NCBI GenBank assembly: GCA_965242725.1
Contig: CBDESZ010000007.1
Location: 64,001 to 128,000 of the forward strand
Length of the DNA stretch: 64,000 nucleotides
Reading direction: 5' to 3'
Source: Alkalispirochaeta sp.
GTDB taxonomy: Bacteria; Spirochaetota; Spirochaetia; DSM-27196; Alkalispirochaetaceae
The notes below the pieces were generated by a model. That model was not told where the DNA came from. It ran no database searches and saw only the letters and a program-made list of their open reading frames with translations. Both the position numbers and the translations under genes were made by a program. Below are positions 1 through 10,259 of the stretch, piece by piece; positions within the stretch are counted from its first letter, which is position 1; each line of letters begins with the position of its first letter.

Positions 1-487
1 CGGCGTACCAGTAGGACTCACAACTCCAGAAGTCGAGCTCCCGCCTGGCGCCCGTCACGGGCACAACGCCTCCGCCGCCCATCCATTCGGGCTGTCCGAT
101 CATGACGAGGCGTACCTCCCCCCCTTCGGGGGGACCTCCAGGCATGCCTTCCCACTCCACGCCGCCTCCCAGGGGCTCGCCGCACCAGAAGGGAGAGATC
201 CAGGAGAGGAAACGCGCTTCCGTCCCCGTATTGTGCACGGTCAGCCGAGCCGTCACCGCCCGGCGGTCAATCTCAAGGACATGGGTCAGGCGCAGCGACG
301 TATCCGGAAGATCGTAGACGCCGCCGCCCGCGTCCCGCGACGCTTCGTCCAGTGAAGCCGCCCCCGCGGAAACGAAACGGGGGCTCCCCTCCCCGGCAAG
401 CTTGATTGCGATACCGGGCCGCCGGACAGTCAGGTGCCCGCAGGTAAAGGAAAGAGGACTCGATTTACCGCTTGAAGTATCGCTCAT
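1..487 (-). CDS. Hypothetical protein, runs off the window edge (possibly a carbohydrate-active enzyme of the sulfatase operon)
   Basis: Manual translation from ATG at 487 (MSDTSSGKSSPLSFTCGHL...ARLTVHNTGTEARFLSWISPFW...DFWSCESYWYA) stays open to the edge. It lies 17 bp downstream of the sulfatase on the same strand. Confidence 0.6.
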   Translation of the reverse strand, partial: MSDTSSGKSSPLSFTCGHLTVRRPGIAIKLAGEGSPRFVSAGAASLDEASRDAGGGVYDLPDTSLRLTHVLEIDRRAVTARLTVHNTGTEARFLSWISPFWCGEPLGGGVEWEGMPGGPPEGGEVRLVMIGQPEWMGGGGVVPVTGARRELDFWSCESYWYA

Positions 488-504
488 ATACGTGCGGGTC
501 CCCT

Positions 505-1914
505 TCAAAACACCCATTTGTACGATCCCTTGTTTGTCGGCTCCGGCAACTCCCTGAACTGCGGATCCGCGTCATCGATCGTACGGTGGAGGAGCATCTC
601 CGTGAGTCGCGCCCGTTGTTGTTGCGCCGATGGGCTGTTCCAGAGGTTGTTGAGCTCGTACGGGTCGGCGGCGAGATCGTAGAGCTCCCCGTACTCTTTT
701 CCCTCGTAGAAGACGAGTTTCTCGTTCCGGGTTCGTATCATGCGGATGTAGAAGTGCTCACTTACCGTACAGTCCCGGTGATTCTCCCGCTCGCCCCGGA
801 GAAGGGGAACCAGGCTCTTCCCCTGCATGGGCAGCGGGGCCGTAATTCCTGCCAGATTCAGGAGCGTCGGTATGAGATCGATATTCTCGCACAGCGCGTC
901 GGTACGCCGTGGAGCAAGCTGTGACGGCCATGAAATCAGAAGCGGTACGCGAACGACACTCTCGTAGAAGAAGAACGCCTTATCAAAAAGGCCATGGTCA
1001 AAGAGCATCTCGCCGTGATCAGAGCTGAAGACGACGATGGTGTTCTGTCTCCTGCCGGAACGATCCAGGGCGTCCAGAACCCGTGCGATCTGGTCGTCCA
1101 CCAGCCGTGTACATGCGTAATAGGCGCGCCACGCCTTCTTCCGTTCACTCTCGTCTATATCATTCCAGGCGCGATGCACCTGCTGTTCGGGAGGCTTCTC
1201 CTCCCCCTCTCCCTCTCTGTAGCGGTGAGGCGGCACGGGAGCGTCCGCAAACATCCGGTAGTACTCTTCCGGTGGATCCAGCGGATGGTGGGGATTGCAA
1301 AAGGAAACCCAGCTTACAAATGGCCGACCGTCGTCTTTGAGGGAGTCCAGAAACTCCACCGCCCTGTCGGCGATGTACTCATCGATCGTCTCCCCTTTCG
1401 GCAGCGCGTTGATGAATGCCGTGCTGTAAAAGGGTTTGTCCTTCAGCTCCGGAGCATATCGGGGCCGACTGAAAGGATAGCCCTTCCCGCGTAGAAATGC
1501 CGCGTATTCATCGTCTCCCCTGAAATCCTTCCCCTCGATCCGCCGGTTGTACTCCCACTGCAACGAATCGTCCCAGGGCTCCACATGCATTTTCCCGATG
1601 CCGGCCGTGCGGTAGCCGCGCTCGCTGAAGTGGGTCCAGAAGGGACGCTCACCGTCTCCGAGGCGGAATCCGTTGGAAATCTGTCCGTGATTGTGCGGGT
1701 ACCGTCCCGTCATGAGCGAGGCCCGGGCGGGGGCACATACCGGCGCGACGGTGGTACACTGCTCAAAGAGCACCGATTCCTCCGCCAGGCGGTCGATCGT
1801 CGGGGTGAGACCATCGGCGACCTGCTGACCGTAGCAGCCGATGGTGTCCACCCTGAGTTGATCCACGGTGATGAAAAGAATATTCGGCTCAGTTCGATTC
1901 GTTGCGCTACCCAA
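505..1914 (-). CDS. Cys-type formylglycine sulfatase (choline/arylsulfatase-like)
   Basis: PNILFITVDQLR, CAPAR (CxPxR) active-site motif, GKMH, SDHG, ELYDL..DP.EL.NL. Confidence 0.92.
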   Translation of the reverse strand: MGSATNRTEPNILFITVDQLRVDTIGCYGQQVADGLTPTIDRLAEESVLFEQCTTVAPVCAPARASLMTGRYPHNHGQISNGFRLGDGERPFWTHFSERGYRTAGIGKMHVEPWDDSLQWEYNRRIEGKDFRGDDEYAAFLRGKGYPFSRPRYAPELKDKPFYSTAFINALPKGETIDEYIADRAVEFLDSLKDDGRPFVSWVSFCNPHHPLDPPEEYYRMFADAPVPPHRYREGEGEEKPPEQQVHRAWNDIDESERKKAWRAYYACTRLVDDQIARVLDALDRSGRRQNTIVVFSSDHGEMLFDHGLFDKAFFFYESVVRVPLLISWPSQLAPRRTDALCENIDLIPTLLNLAGITAPLPMQGKSLVPLLRGERENHRDCTVSEHFYIRMIRTRNEKLVFYEGKEYGELYDLAADPYELNNLWNSPSAQQQRARLTEMLLHRTIDDADPQFRELPEPTNKGSYKWVF

Positions 1915-1941
1915 TGAAAATCCTCTCCTCTGATCGCGGCT

Positions 1942-3360
1942 CTACCAGATCGCAATCCGCTCCGGCAGCGGGTCGAGGGTATATACACTCCGGTCAAAGG
2001 CGATTTTCATCAACCGGTGACGAAGCTCACTATCCCTCTCCCACAGGTTTTCAAACTCATCGGGATCCCGGTCCAGATCGTAGAGCTCTCCCTCTTCCCG
2101 TCCGTGATAAATGACAATTTTATGGCTCTCGGTGCGACACATCGTCGCATAGATCGCTTCTCCCTCGTATCGGGTGTGGGTGTTGTAGTACTCGCAGTAG
2201 ACCGAGTCGCGATGCTCTTCCGTCTCGCCGTTGAGCAGACCCATGAGGGAACGTCCCTGCATTGCGGGATCGGCGGGGAGACCGGCAACGTCCAGCAGGG
2301 TGGGGGCCAGGTCTACCAGCTCGACGAGGGCGTCAATGCGCCGTCCTCCCTGAAAGCGCCGGGGCCAGTGCATGAGCAGGGGAACCCGCACCAGCTCCTC
2401 GTAGAAATAGGGGCCTTTATAGAAGAGCCCGTGATCACCGAGCATCTCACCGTGGTCGCTCATGTAGATGACGAGGGTGTCCTCCGAGAGCCCCTTCTTC
2501 CTGAGCGCGTCAAAGAGTCTGCCCAGCTCCCTGTCGATGAGCTCGACCATTCCATAATATGCGGCGACCGCCTCCTGTCGCGCGTCCTCGGTCATGTCGG
2601 CATAGGAGACGTACTTATTCGTTCCCCCTCTCGCACCGTGGTGGTCGATCCGCTGGGGGAGCGGTTTATTATCCAGTTCGCCCGGTCGATATTTCGGTTT
2701 CGGTACCTCATCTCTCGCATAGGCGTTAAAGTACTCCGGCGGTGGATCAAAGGGCGGATGAGGATCGTAGAGGTTGAGGCTCAGGAGCCACGGACCTTCA
2801 ACCTCATCGAGAAAGGCGATCGACTCGTCTATGGCCCAGGGAGTGTGGTGAAACTCCCCGGGGACGCCGGGAAAGACTTCACCGGTGCGATTGTACATCT
2901 CCTCGTACTTCACGCCTTTCTTCCGCAGCCACTGATCGTACGCGTCGGCGTGGCGGGTCTCCTCATGCTGCTGGCTCTCGTGGGACCAGCGAAAGAACCG
3001 ATATCCGTCGTCGGGACGCGGTTCCACCCGACCGCTGCACGCCGATAAATGGAGCTTTCCCACCAGTCCGCACTCATACCCGGCGTCGGCCAGGGTCTTC
3101 GTGACGAGTCGTTCCTTGTCGGGAAAACGGTCGTTTCCGTTCTGACGGAGGCCCGTGGTGCGGGGATACCGCCCGGTGAGAAAGCTTCCGCGACTGGGCG
3201 AGCAAATCGGGTTCTGGCAATAGGCGTGATTGAAGCTCACGCCCCCCTGCACGAGCCCGTCAAGATTGGGCGTTCGGATTACCTGATTTCCCAGAGCATG
3301 TATCGTATCGGCTCGCTGCTGATCGGTACAAATCCAGAGAATGTTGGGTCGTCTGGCCAT
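1942..3360 (-). CDS. Cys-type formylglycine sulfatase
   Basis: RPNILWICTDQQR, CSPSR motif, GKLH, SDHGEMLGDHG, ELYDLDRDPDEFENL. Confidence 0.92.
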   Translation of the reverse strand: MARRPNILWICTDQQRADTIHALGNQVIRTPNLDGLVQGGVSFNHAYCQNPICSPSRGSFLTGRYPRTTGLRQNGNDRFPDKERLVTKTLADAGYECGLVGKLHLSACSGRVEPRPDDGYRFFRWSHESQQHEETRHADAYDQWLRKKGVKYEEMYNRTGEVFPGVPGEFHHTPWAIDESIAFLDEVEGPWLLSLNLYDPHPPFDPPPEYFNAYARDEVPKPKYRPGELDNKPLPQRIDHHGARGGTNKYVSYADMTEDARQEAVAAYYGMVELIDRELGRLFDALRKKGLSEDTLVIYMSDHGEMLGDHGLFYKGPYFYEELVRVPLLMHWPRRFQGGRRIDALVELVDLAPTLLDVAGLPADPAMQGRSLMGLLNGETEEHRDSVYCEYYNTHTRYEGEAIYATMCRTESHKIVIYHGREEGELYDLDRDPDEFENLWERDSELRHRLMKIAFDRSVYTLDPLPERIAIW

Positions 3361-3364
3361 GCCC

Positions 3365-4223
3365 TTACCCCTTTACGGCTCCGTGGGTAAGCCCTTCCAC
3401 CAGCCGCCGCTGGGCGACAAAGAAGAGCACCGCCGCGGGAATCAGCGCCATCGTGGCGGCCGCGGTCATTTGGCCCCAGGCGATGTCATAGCGCTGGATA
3501 AATGTCGCCAGTCCCACCGGCAGCGTCTTGAGTCGCTCGCTGTCGATGAAAATGATACCGAGCATCAGCTCGTTCCAGGCGAAAATGAAGGCAAAGGTGA
3601 GCGTCGCGGCGATACCCGGGAGGACCAGCGGAATGGTGATGCGCGTCATCGTTTGCGCCAGATTGGCTCCGTCCACCATGGCGCACTCCTCCAGCGAGAC
3701 CGGTATCCCGTCATAGAAGCTTGCCATCATCATCGTACAAAAGGGAATGTTCAGGGCGGTGTAGGCGAGCATGAGCGAAGCGTGGGTGTTTATGAGGCCC
3801 AGCTGGACAAAAATCGTGTACAACGGAATTACGAGCAGTACAAAGGGGAGCATCTGGGTGATCAGAAAGAAGATCAGTATCGCGTTCTTCATGCGAAATC
3901 TGTAGCGCGAAAACGCATAACCGCCCAGGATTGCCACCACAACCGTTGCGGCCGCCGCCGTACCGGCGACGAGCAGGCTGTTTACGAAGTACCGGGGAAA
4001 CATGGTGACATTCCAGACGTCAAAAAAAGTGCACCAGCGTCCAGTCTTTTGGAAGATAGCGTATGGGCACTTCAAATATCTGTCGCGACGGTTTCAGCGC
4101 CGTCACCAGCATCCAGTACAGCGGAAGGAGCGTGAACGAGAGAAAGAGCAACAGCGGAATATAGAGGCTGAATGAACGCCTGACCCAGTAGTTCATCGAT
4201 CGTTTTCGTATCATCCTTACCAT
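3365..4223 (-). CDS. Carbohydrate ABC permease (MalG-type), split by a +1 frameshift in the A7 run at 4022-4028
   Basis: The N-terminal half (...PKDWTLVHFF) and C-terminal half (DVWNVTMFPRYFVNSL...EECAMVDGA EAA loop...GAVKG) join if one A is removed. Confidence 0.85.
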
Positions 4224-5104
4224 ACCTTCCTGATTCGACGGGTAACCCAGAAATAGAACACTGCGTACAGGGTCAGCATAAGTATTGCAATCAGTGCCAA
4301 CGCGGCGGCGTAGCCGAATTCAAGCGATTTGGATGCCTTGAGGTACATGTAGCTCGTCAGGATCTGTGACGAGTTGAAGGGGCCGCCGTTTGTCATAATG
4401 AAGATGAGAACGATGAAGTTAAAGATCCAGATCGTCCGAAGGAGACTGGTCGTGACCATCACCGGTGCGAGGAAGGGCAGCGTCACGGAGACAAATTTAC
4501 GAATCGGCCCCGCGCCGTCCATGTCGGCCGCTTCGTAGAGCTCCTTTGGAATCGTCTGCAGCGCCGAAAGAAACATAATCGCGAAAAAGGGAATTCCCCA
4601 CCAGATACAGGCGACGATAACCGCGAGGAGTGCGGTATCCGCCTGAGAAAGAAATGAAATGTCCTGCTGTATGAGATTCAGTCTGTTGAGAAGATCGTTA
4701 ATGATGCCGATCCGCGGCTGGTACATCCATCGCCACATCACGCCGATCAGAAAGCCGGACACCGCCCAGGGAAGAAACAGAACCGATCTGATGATACCGC
4801 GAAATTTGAACTTCTGGTTCAGCACAAAGGAGGTCATGAGTCCGATGGTGAACTGGAAGAAGAGCGCGAGCCCTACCCATATAACGGAATTACGCAGGGA
4901 AAGCCAGAAAATTTCGTCCTTCATTATGGCGGCGAAGTTTCCCAGCCCGATAAACCTGGTATCCTGGGGAGCGTAGAGCCGATAATTGGTCAGGGACAGT
5001 CGCAATGTCTCAAAAATCGGGTACAGCCGTAACGACAGCAACAACAACAGTGCGGGAAACAACAACATGTACGGCTGATATCTTTTTGTAAGTGTGAGGC
5101 GCAT
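4217..5104 (-). CDS. Carbohydrate ABC permease (MalF-type)
   Basis: FIGLGNF, EAA loop LQTIPKELYEAADMDGAG, TNGGP, multiple TM segments. Confidence 0.92.
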   Translation of the reverse strand: MRLTLTKRYQPYMLLFPALLLLLSLRLYPIFETLRLSLTNYRLYAPQDTRFIGLGNFAAIMKDEIFWLSLRNSVIWVGLALFFQFTIGLMTSFVLNQKFKFRGIIRSVLFLPWAVSGFLIGVMWRWMYQPRIGIINDLLNRLNLIQQDISFLSQADTALLAVIVACIWWGIPFFAIMFLSALQTIPKELYEAADMDGAGPIRKFVSVTLPFLAPVMVTTSLLRTIWIFNFIVLIFIMTNGGPFNSSQILTSYMYLKASKSLEFGYAAALALIAILMLTLYAVFYFWVTRRIRKVW

Positions 5105-5131
5105 CTATAGTTCTCCGGGAAAGGTGAGGGA

Positions 5132-5170
5132 CCGAACGTGCCGGTGGTGTGGCTCGTCACCTCACCACCG
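5132..5170. other. Intergenic stem-loop between the SBP and permease genes
   Basis: Inverted repeat CGGTGGTGTGG...CCTCACCACCG. Confidence 0.5.
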
Positions 5171-5189
5171 ACACATCGACCCGGGCCGG

Positions 5190-6509
5190 TTAGTTGGAGT
5201 TCTGGTAATCCCGGAGTGCCTGCTCGTGGAACTCCGCCCACTTCTCGGCAATCTCCGTCATAGAGACCTGGCCGCCCAGTACTCTCTGCCAGTCCTGCCA
5301 CGACATCTCTTCGATAAACGTCGCATTCTCCGGATAGGGATGACCGAGAGGAATACTGTAGACCTCGTCGTTCTCGACCATACTCAATGTGGGCTCAAGC
5401 CACTCGGTCTTGTCACCCCAGAGATCGGGACGTCGTTCCAGAGCACCTTCGATCGGCGGAATCTTCAGATCGCCCGCGGCGATATCCAGGAGTGTCTCGG
5501 GAGACGCCATGAACTCCAGCAGTTCCTTTCTCGCCTCAAAGTGTGCTTCCGACTCACCCTCCTGCTGAGGCATGATAAAGCCCATACCGCCTACAGTTGT
5601 ATATCGATTGCCGCTCGGGCCGGCAGGTACCTTGGCGGTCCCGATCTGCTCCGGATCCATCCGTTCCAGGACCGTATTGAGCGTCGGTTGATCGTTCATA
5701 TAGATCATTGTGCGTCCGGTGTAAAACCCTGTAATCAGCTCGTTGAAACCCCAGTTGATCGATTCCGGAGGCGCAACCTCGTGAACGCGATAGAGATCGG
5801 CCAGGAACTCAAAGCCTTCGATCGCTTCCGGCTTGGCCAGATTCCAGTTGCCGTCTTCGTCGAAGAACTCATTGGTTCCAAGTGCACCAAGTGCAAAAAT
5901 CGGCATCGGAAAGAACGCTCCCCGTGCGCCGCGGAGGGAGTACGCGTAAATATCGTTTTCCGGCTCCGTGAGTGCCAATGAAACTTCAAGGAACTCCTCA
6001 AAGGTATCGGGAACTTCCAGTCCCTTTTCTTCGAAGACATCCTTGCGATAAAACATCGTTCGAACGTTGTATCCGAAGGGGATGTGATAGATCGTGTCGT
6101 CGTACATCCGCATGATCCGCTTGGAGTAGTCGGTGTACTCGTCGGCAAAATCCCACTCCGAGAAGATCGGGGTCAGATCGACAAGTCCGCCCATCGCCGC
6201 CAGCTGCGGTATCCACGTTGCCGAGGCCGCCTGTACATCAGGCGGATTACCCGCGGTAATCTGGGTAATCAGTTTTTGGTGAGCCTGGTCCCAGGGTACT
6301 CCCTGATACTCAACCTCGATGTTGGGATGCTGTTCATTGAACCTGGCGATTATCTCCTGGTACATGCGGTCCACCCTCGGTGACGGAACCACATAGACAA
6401 AGGACAGGCGCTGAACCTCAGCTTCACCTGCGCCTTCTCGCTGTCCACTTGCAAAGCCATAGGACGTGACCATGACGATCAGAAGCATGATCGTAAATAG
6501 ACGCTTCAT
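5190..6509 (-). CDS. Sugar ABC substrate-binding protein
   Basis: Signal peptide ending FASGQRE, GNPPD, MFYRKDVFEEKGLEVPDTFEE. Confidence 0.92.
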   Translation of the reverse strand: MKRLFTIMLLIVMVTSYGFASGQREGAGEAEVQRLSFVYVVPSPRVDRMYQEIIARFNEQHPNIEVEYQGVPWDQAHQKLITQITAGNPPDVQAASATWIPQLAAMGGLVDLTPIFSEWDFADEYTDYSKRIMRMYDDTIYHIPFGYNVRTMFYRKDVFEEKGLEVPDTFEEFLEVSLALTEPENDIYAYSLRGARGAFFPMPIFALGALGTNEFFDEDGNWNLAKPEAIEGFEFLADLYRVHEVAPPESINWGFNELITGFYTGRTMIYMNDQPTLNTVLERMDPEQIGTAKVPAGPSGNRYTTVGGMGFIMPQQEGESEAHFEARKELLEFMASPETLLDIAAGDLKIPPIEGALERRPDLWGDKTEWLEPTLSMVENDEVYSIPLGHPYPENATFIEEMSWQDWQRVLGGQVSMTEIAEKWAEFHEQALRDYQNSN

Positions 6510-6522
6510 AATGTCCCTCCTT

Positions 6523-6572
6523 ATGTATTTTTGTATCTTCTTTGGCGCAACATTAGATACCTAAAGATACAT
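6523..6572. promoter_or_regulatory. Candidate operator(s) for the GntR-LacI regulator
   Basis: Repeated TGTAT..GTATCT motif upstream of the SBP gene. A related 19-mer lies at 7758-7776, upstream of the regulator. Confidence 0.45.
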
Positions 6573-6634
6573 TTAATAACATTACTGTAGCACAGGATGA
6601 TTGAGTACACAAGAAAAATAATTGGAAATACCTT

Positions 6635-7744
6635 CTAACGGTGGTGAGGAGAGCAGGATCCCCGTTCTTCCAGGGTGGCTTCAAAGGAGACGTGCATCAC
6701 CGGAGCGGAGGTGCCGGCAACGAGTTTTTCGATCCGCTCCACGAGGACTTCGAGGATGTGGTCCAGGGGGAAGCGGAACGTTGAGAGGCCAAAGGGCAGG
6801 GTCCGTTCCGGGAGCGCATCGTCAACCCCGAGAACACTGAGATCGTCGGGGATTCTCACGCCCCGCTCAAGAGCGGCGTTTATGGCTCCCAGAGCCATGA
6901 AGTCATTGGCACAGAAGAGACCGGAGAACGGCTGCCCTCCGTCCAGCAGTGCCTGCATCGCCCGGTAGCCCGACTCGACGCTCCAGTCTCCGACCATCAC
7001 TTGCAGCGCACCCCCGGGCAAACCGATCTCCCTGGCCCGTCCCAGAAACCCGCGCTTCCGGTGACGCGCCGGGCGACGCTCCTCCGGACCACCGATGAAG
7101 GCGATCCGTTCGTGACCAAGACCGACGAGATAGGAGCAGGCTTTTCTTCCTATGCCTTTATTGTAAAAAGAAATAGAGTCAATCCCGTCGACGTTTACCG
7201 ACGGTTCTACGAGAATCGTGCCCGCGGAGCCGGCTATAGACAGGTGCTCCGCCAGGACGGGATCGATCAGCTCAGCCAGGACAATAACATTTGCACGGGA
7301 TGCGAGCCTGTTTATCAAGGGCCGATTTTCATCACCGCGGTTGGGCAGCATTTGGGAGATAAACTGTCCATACCCCCTGCGTCCCAACTCGCTTTGAAGT
7401 TTACGCATGAGCGTCTGCCAGACATGGTTTGAATAGAACTTTGTATCGTAAAGATGCTCATTTTCGACAAAGGCGATAGTCGCGTCGCCCAGTGCCGGGG
7501 TGTTACGGAAGGTCGCCCTGCTCAGAACAAAAGTGCCTTTCCCGGGGATTCGACTCAGGTACCCGCGTTCAACGAGTCCGGAAATCGCCTTGCGAACGGA
7601 GGTGCGGCTCACTCCGAGCTCTTCACACAGCTCAGCCTCCGTCGGCAGCTGATGACCTTCCAGAAGTTCATTGGTATGGATAATGTTGAGCAATCGCTCC
7701 CGTATTTGTTGATAAATCGGTCGGCCGTTCTCTTTATCGATCAT
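6635..7744 (-). CDS. GntR-family HTH fused to a LacI-type sugar-binding domain (AraR-like regulator)
   Basis: RPIYQQI...LPTEAELCEELGVSRTSVRKA...GKGTFV, then FCANDFMALG...PDDLSVLGVDD. Start placed at ATG 7744 after a GGGGG SD. Confidence 0.9.
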   Translation of the reverse strand: MIDKENGRPIYQQIRERLLNIIHTNELLEGHQLPTEAELCEELGVSRTSVRKAISGLVERGYLSRIPGKGTFVLSRATFRNTPALGDATIAFVENEHLYDTKFYSNHVWQTLMRKLQSELGRRGYGQFISQMLPNRGDENRPLINRLASRANVIVLAELIDPVLAEHLSIAGSAGTILVEPSVNVDGIDSISFYNKGIGRKACSYLVGLGHERIAFIGGPEERRPARHRKRGFLGRAREIGLPGGALQVMVGDWSVESGYRAMQALLDGGQPFSGLFCANDFMALGAINAALERGVRIPDDLSVLGVDDALPERTLPFGLSTFRFPLDHILEVLVERIEKLVAGTSAPVMHVSFEATLEERGSCSPHHR

Positions 7745-8005
7745 TCCCCCACCTGAATTGTATTCAAATGTATCTAACTGTAACTCCGAATCTCTGAAAT
7801 GACAAGTCGGCTTCACCCACAGCCCCTTTGCGGCGAAAAAAGGACACCAAATGGACATTTATTACCGGACGAGTCACCTTAAGGACTTGTATAACCACTT
7901 TAGGTCCGGTACTTTGATTGTCCTATGACGATACGAAATACGGACCCGAAGGGTTGTTCAGTATATTTTTCGGACCAATTCATTCACATCACCTGAGCTG
8001 ATCAC

Positions 8006-9208
8006 ATGGCACGACAAAAACTGAACATCGGGCTATTCGGCTTCGGCGTGGTAGGACAGGGACTGTACGACGTCCTCGAGAGAAGTCCGGCACTGGATTC
8101 CAAAATCAGCAAGATCTGTGTCAAGAGACGGATCAAGCGCCTTCTGCCTGACGACAGGTTCTGTTTTGACCCTGACGAGATCCTTGAAGACGAGGAAATC
8201 AATACCATAGTCGAGCTGATCGACAATGCAGATGATGCCTACTTCATCGTGAAAAAGGCGCTGCAAAAGGGGAAAAACGTCGTCTCGGCCAACAAGAAAA
8301 TGCTGGCGGAAAATTTTGCCGAAATGGTCTCCCTGGCAAAAGAGAAAAATGTCTCCCTGCTCTATGAAGCCTCGGCGTGCGGCAGCATCCCGGTCATACG
8401 GAATCTTGAAGAGTACTATGACAACGACCTTCTGCTTTCCGTAACGGGAATACTCAACGGTTCATCAAACTACATTCTCTCAAAGGTCTTTGACGACCAT
8501 GAAGAGTACGCAGATGCCCTGAAAAAGGCGCAGGAACTGGGCTTCGCGGAGTCCAACCCCTCATTTGATGTGGACGGATTTGACTCCCTGTACAAGCTGA
8601 TCATACTGACGATGCACAGCTTTGGCGTCATCGTATCTCCGGACGATGTACTCAACTACGGAATTTCCAATATTTCCGAATTCGACATCAACTACGCCCG
8701 CGAAAAAGACTACAAAATAAAACTGGTGGCACAGGTGGAACGCCTGCGGGACAAGAAGATCACCCTCTTTGTCATACCCCGATTCGTCACGCGGGACAAA
8801 TACATCTATAACGTGGAAGATGAGTTCAACGGAGTGGTGATCAAGGGAGTTGCTTATGACAAGCAGTTCATGTTTGGCAGAGGGCGCCGGCGGCCACCCT
8901 ACCGGCTCGGCAGTGCTCTCCGACATCACCGCCCTGGGCCACTACTATCGATACGAATACAAAAAGGCCAACTACTTCGGCGGATTTGAATACTTCAAGG
9001 AAGGCGCCATTGAGGTATATCTGCGATACAGCGACCCGAGAGTACTGAAGAATTTTCAGTTCCAGTCGATTTCCGAGGAATATCGCGGCCCCCGATTACC
9101 GCTACAAAATCGGTTTTATCCGATTGGACAAGCTCATTGCCATCAAGGACAAGCTGCGGGACCTCGATATTTTCCCTCGCCGCCACGGGGAATGCGTTGA
9201 ATTACTGA
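8006..9208 (+). CDS. hom: Homoserine dehydrogenase (Bacteroidota-type, monofunctional), interrupted by apparent +1 frameshifts at ~8882, ~9089 and ~9175
   Basis: IGLFGFGVVGQG, VVSANKK, YEASACGSIPVIR, GILNGSSNYIL, AQELGFAE. Continues as GAGGHPTGSAVLSDI in the next frame. Confidence 0.85.
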
Positions 9209-9288
9209 ATGTTTCAGGCTTCGATCCGGACCTTACCTCTATCGACCGGGCGTACACAACACAATACTCCTTGTCGGGGGCGGTTGCG

Positions 9289-10171
9289 TCACGACCGAAA
9301 CATCGCCCGTTGCATGGCTTTGATCTGGGGTGATGCAAAGAGCATGGTGACCAACAGCAGAATCACAGCGATTGCGCTTCCGAGACCGAAATGCCAATAC
9401 ACAATACCTTCTTCATATAGCAGGATCGAGAGGACCTTGGTCGCGGAGACCGGCCCGCCGCCGTTGAAGAGGTAGATCGGACCAAATTGCCGCAGTCCGA
9501 AGATAATCCGAAATGTCAATGCCGTCGCGACGGCGGGAGCGATGAGCGGGAGGGTGATGCGCCTGAACGATTGCCAGTACGAGGCGCCGTCGATTTCCGC
9601 CGCGTCGTAGAGTTCCCGGGAAATTGAGGTGATGCTCGGATAGAGTATAAGAATTGTAAATGGCGCGTAGCGCCAAATATCAATGATGACGATTGCCGCA
9701 AAACTGGCAGTAGCGTTGGAAAACCAGTTTGGACCGGCGATGCTGAGCATTGAAAGGCCGTAGTTTATCAATCCGTAGTCGGTATTGAACATATACTTCC
9801 ACACAACGACTGCGACAACGTCACTGAGTGCAAACGGTGCGATATATAGGGCGACCCAGAATCGCTGTCCCGGAAATCCTCGAGCAAGCAACAGCGAAAA
9901 AGCCCAATGCCAGGAGAAACTCACCACCCACCGCGAGAAGAACAAACAGAAATGTTCGCGCTGTGGTTGCGATAAATCCGCTCGCATCGGTGAAGATCTC
10001 GAGGAAGTTGTCTATGCCGATGAATATCCGCGGACCGGTAAGCGAGTATTCATGAAAGCTCAGAACCAATGCCCAGATTGAAGGAACTATGAGTACTGCT
10101 ACCAGAAAAGACACCACCGGCGTCAACAGTAGCAGACTGTGTAGTCGCTGCGCTTTTTCTGAACTACTCAT
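9289..10171 (-). CDS. Carbohydrate ABC permease (MalF-type), split by a +1 frameshift at the A5 run 9897-9901
   Basis: N-terminal half (FIGIDNF...EFLLALGF) joins the C-terminal half (SLLLARGFPG...ELYDAAEIDGAS) if one base is removed. Confidence 0.82.
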
Positions 10172-10259
10172 TCATTTCCCCTTTTCCATGACCCGCTTGT
10201 AAAAGCTTCAAAAGTCGAATGATCAGGTTGGCTTCACACATTACATCTCTCCCCACCTG

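Noticed and set aside
5157..5168. 12-nt match (TCACCTCACCAC) to repeat copy A
   Set aside because: It is one arm of a local hairpin and the flanks do not align.
7920..7980. Hammerhead-ribozyme-like TGACGA...GAAA...GTATA
   Set aside because: The core C3 is missing, there is no stem II, and stem I cannot pair next to the cleavage site.
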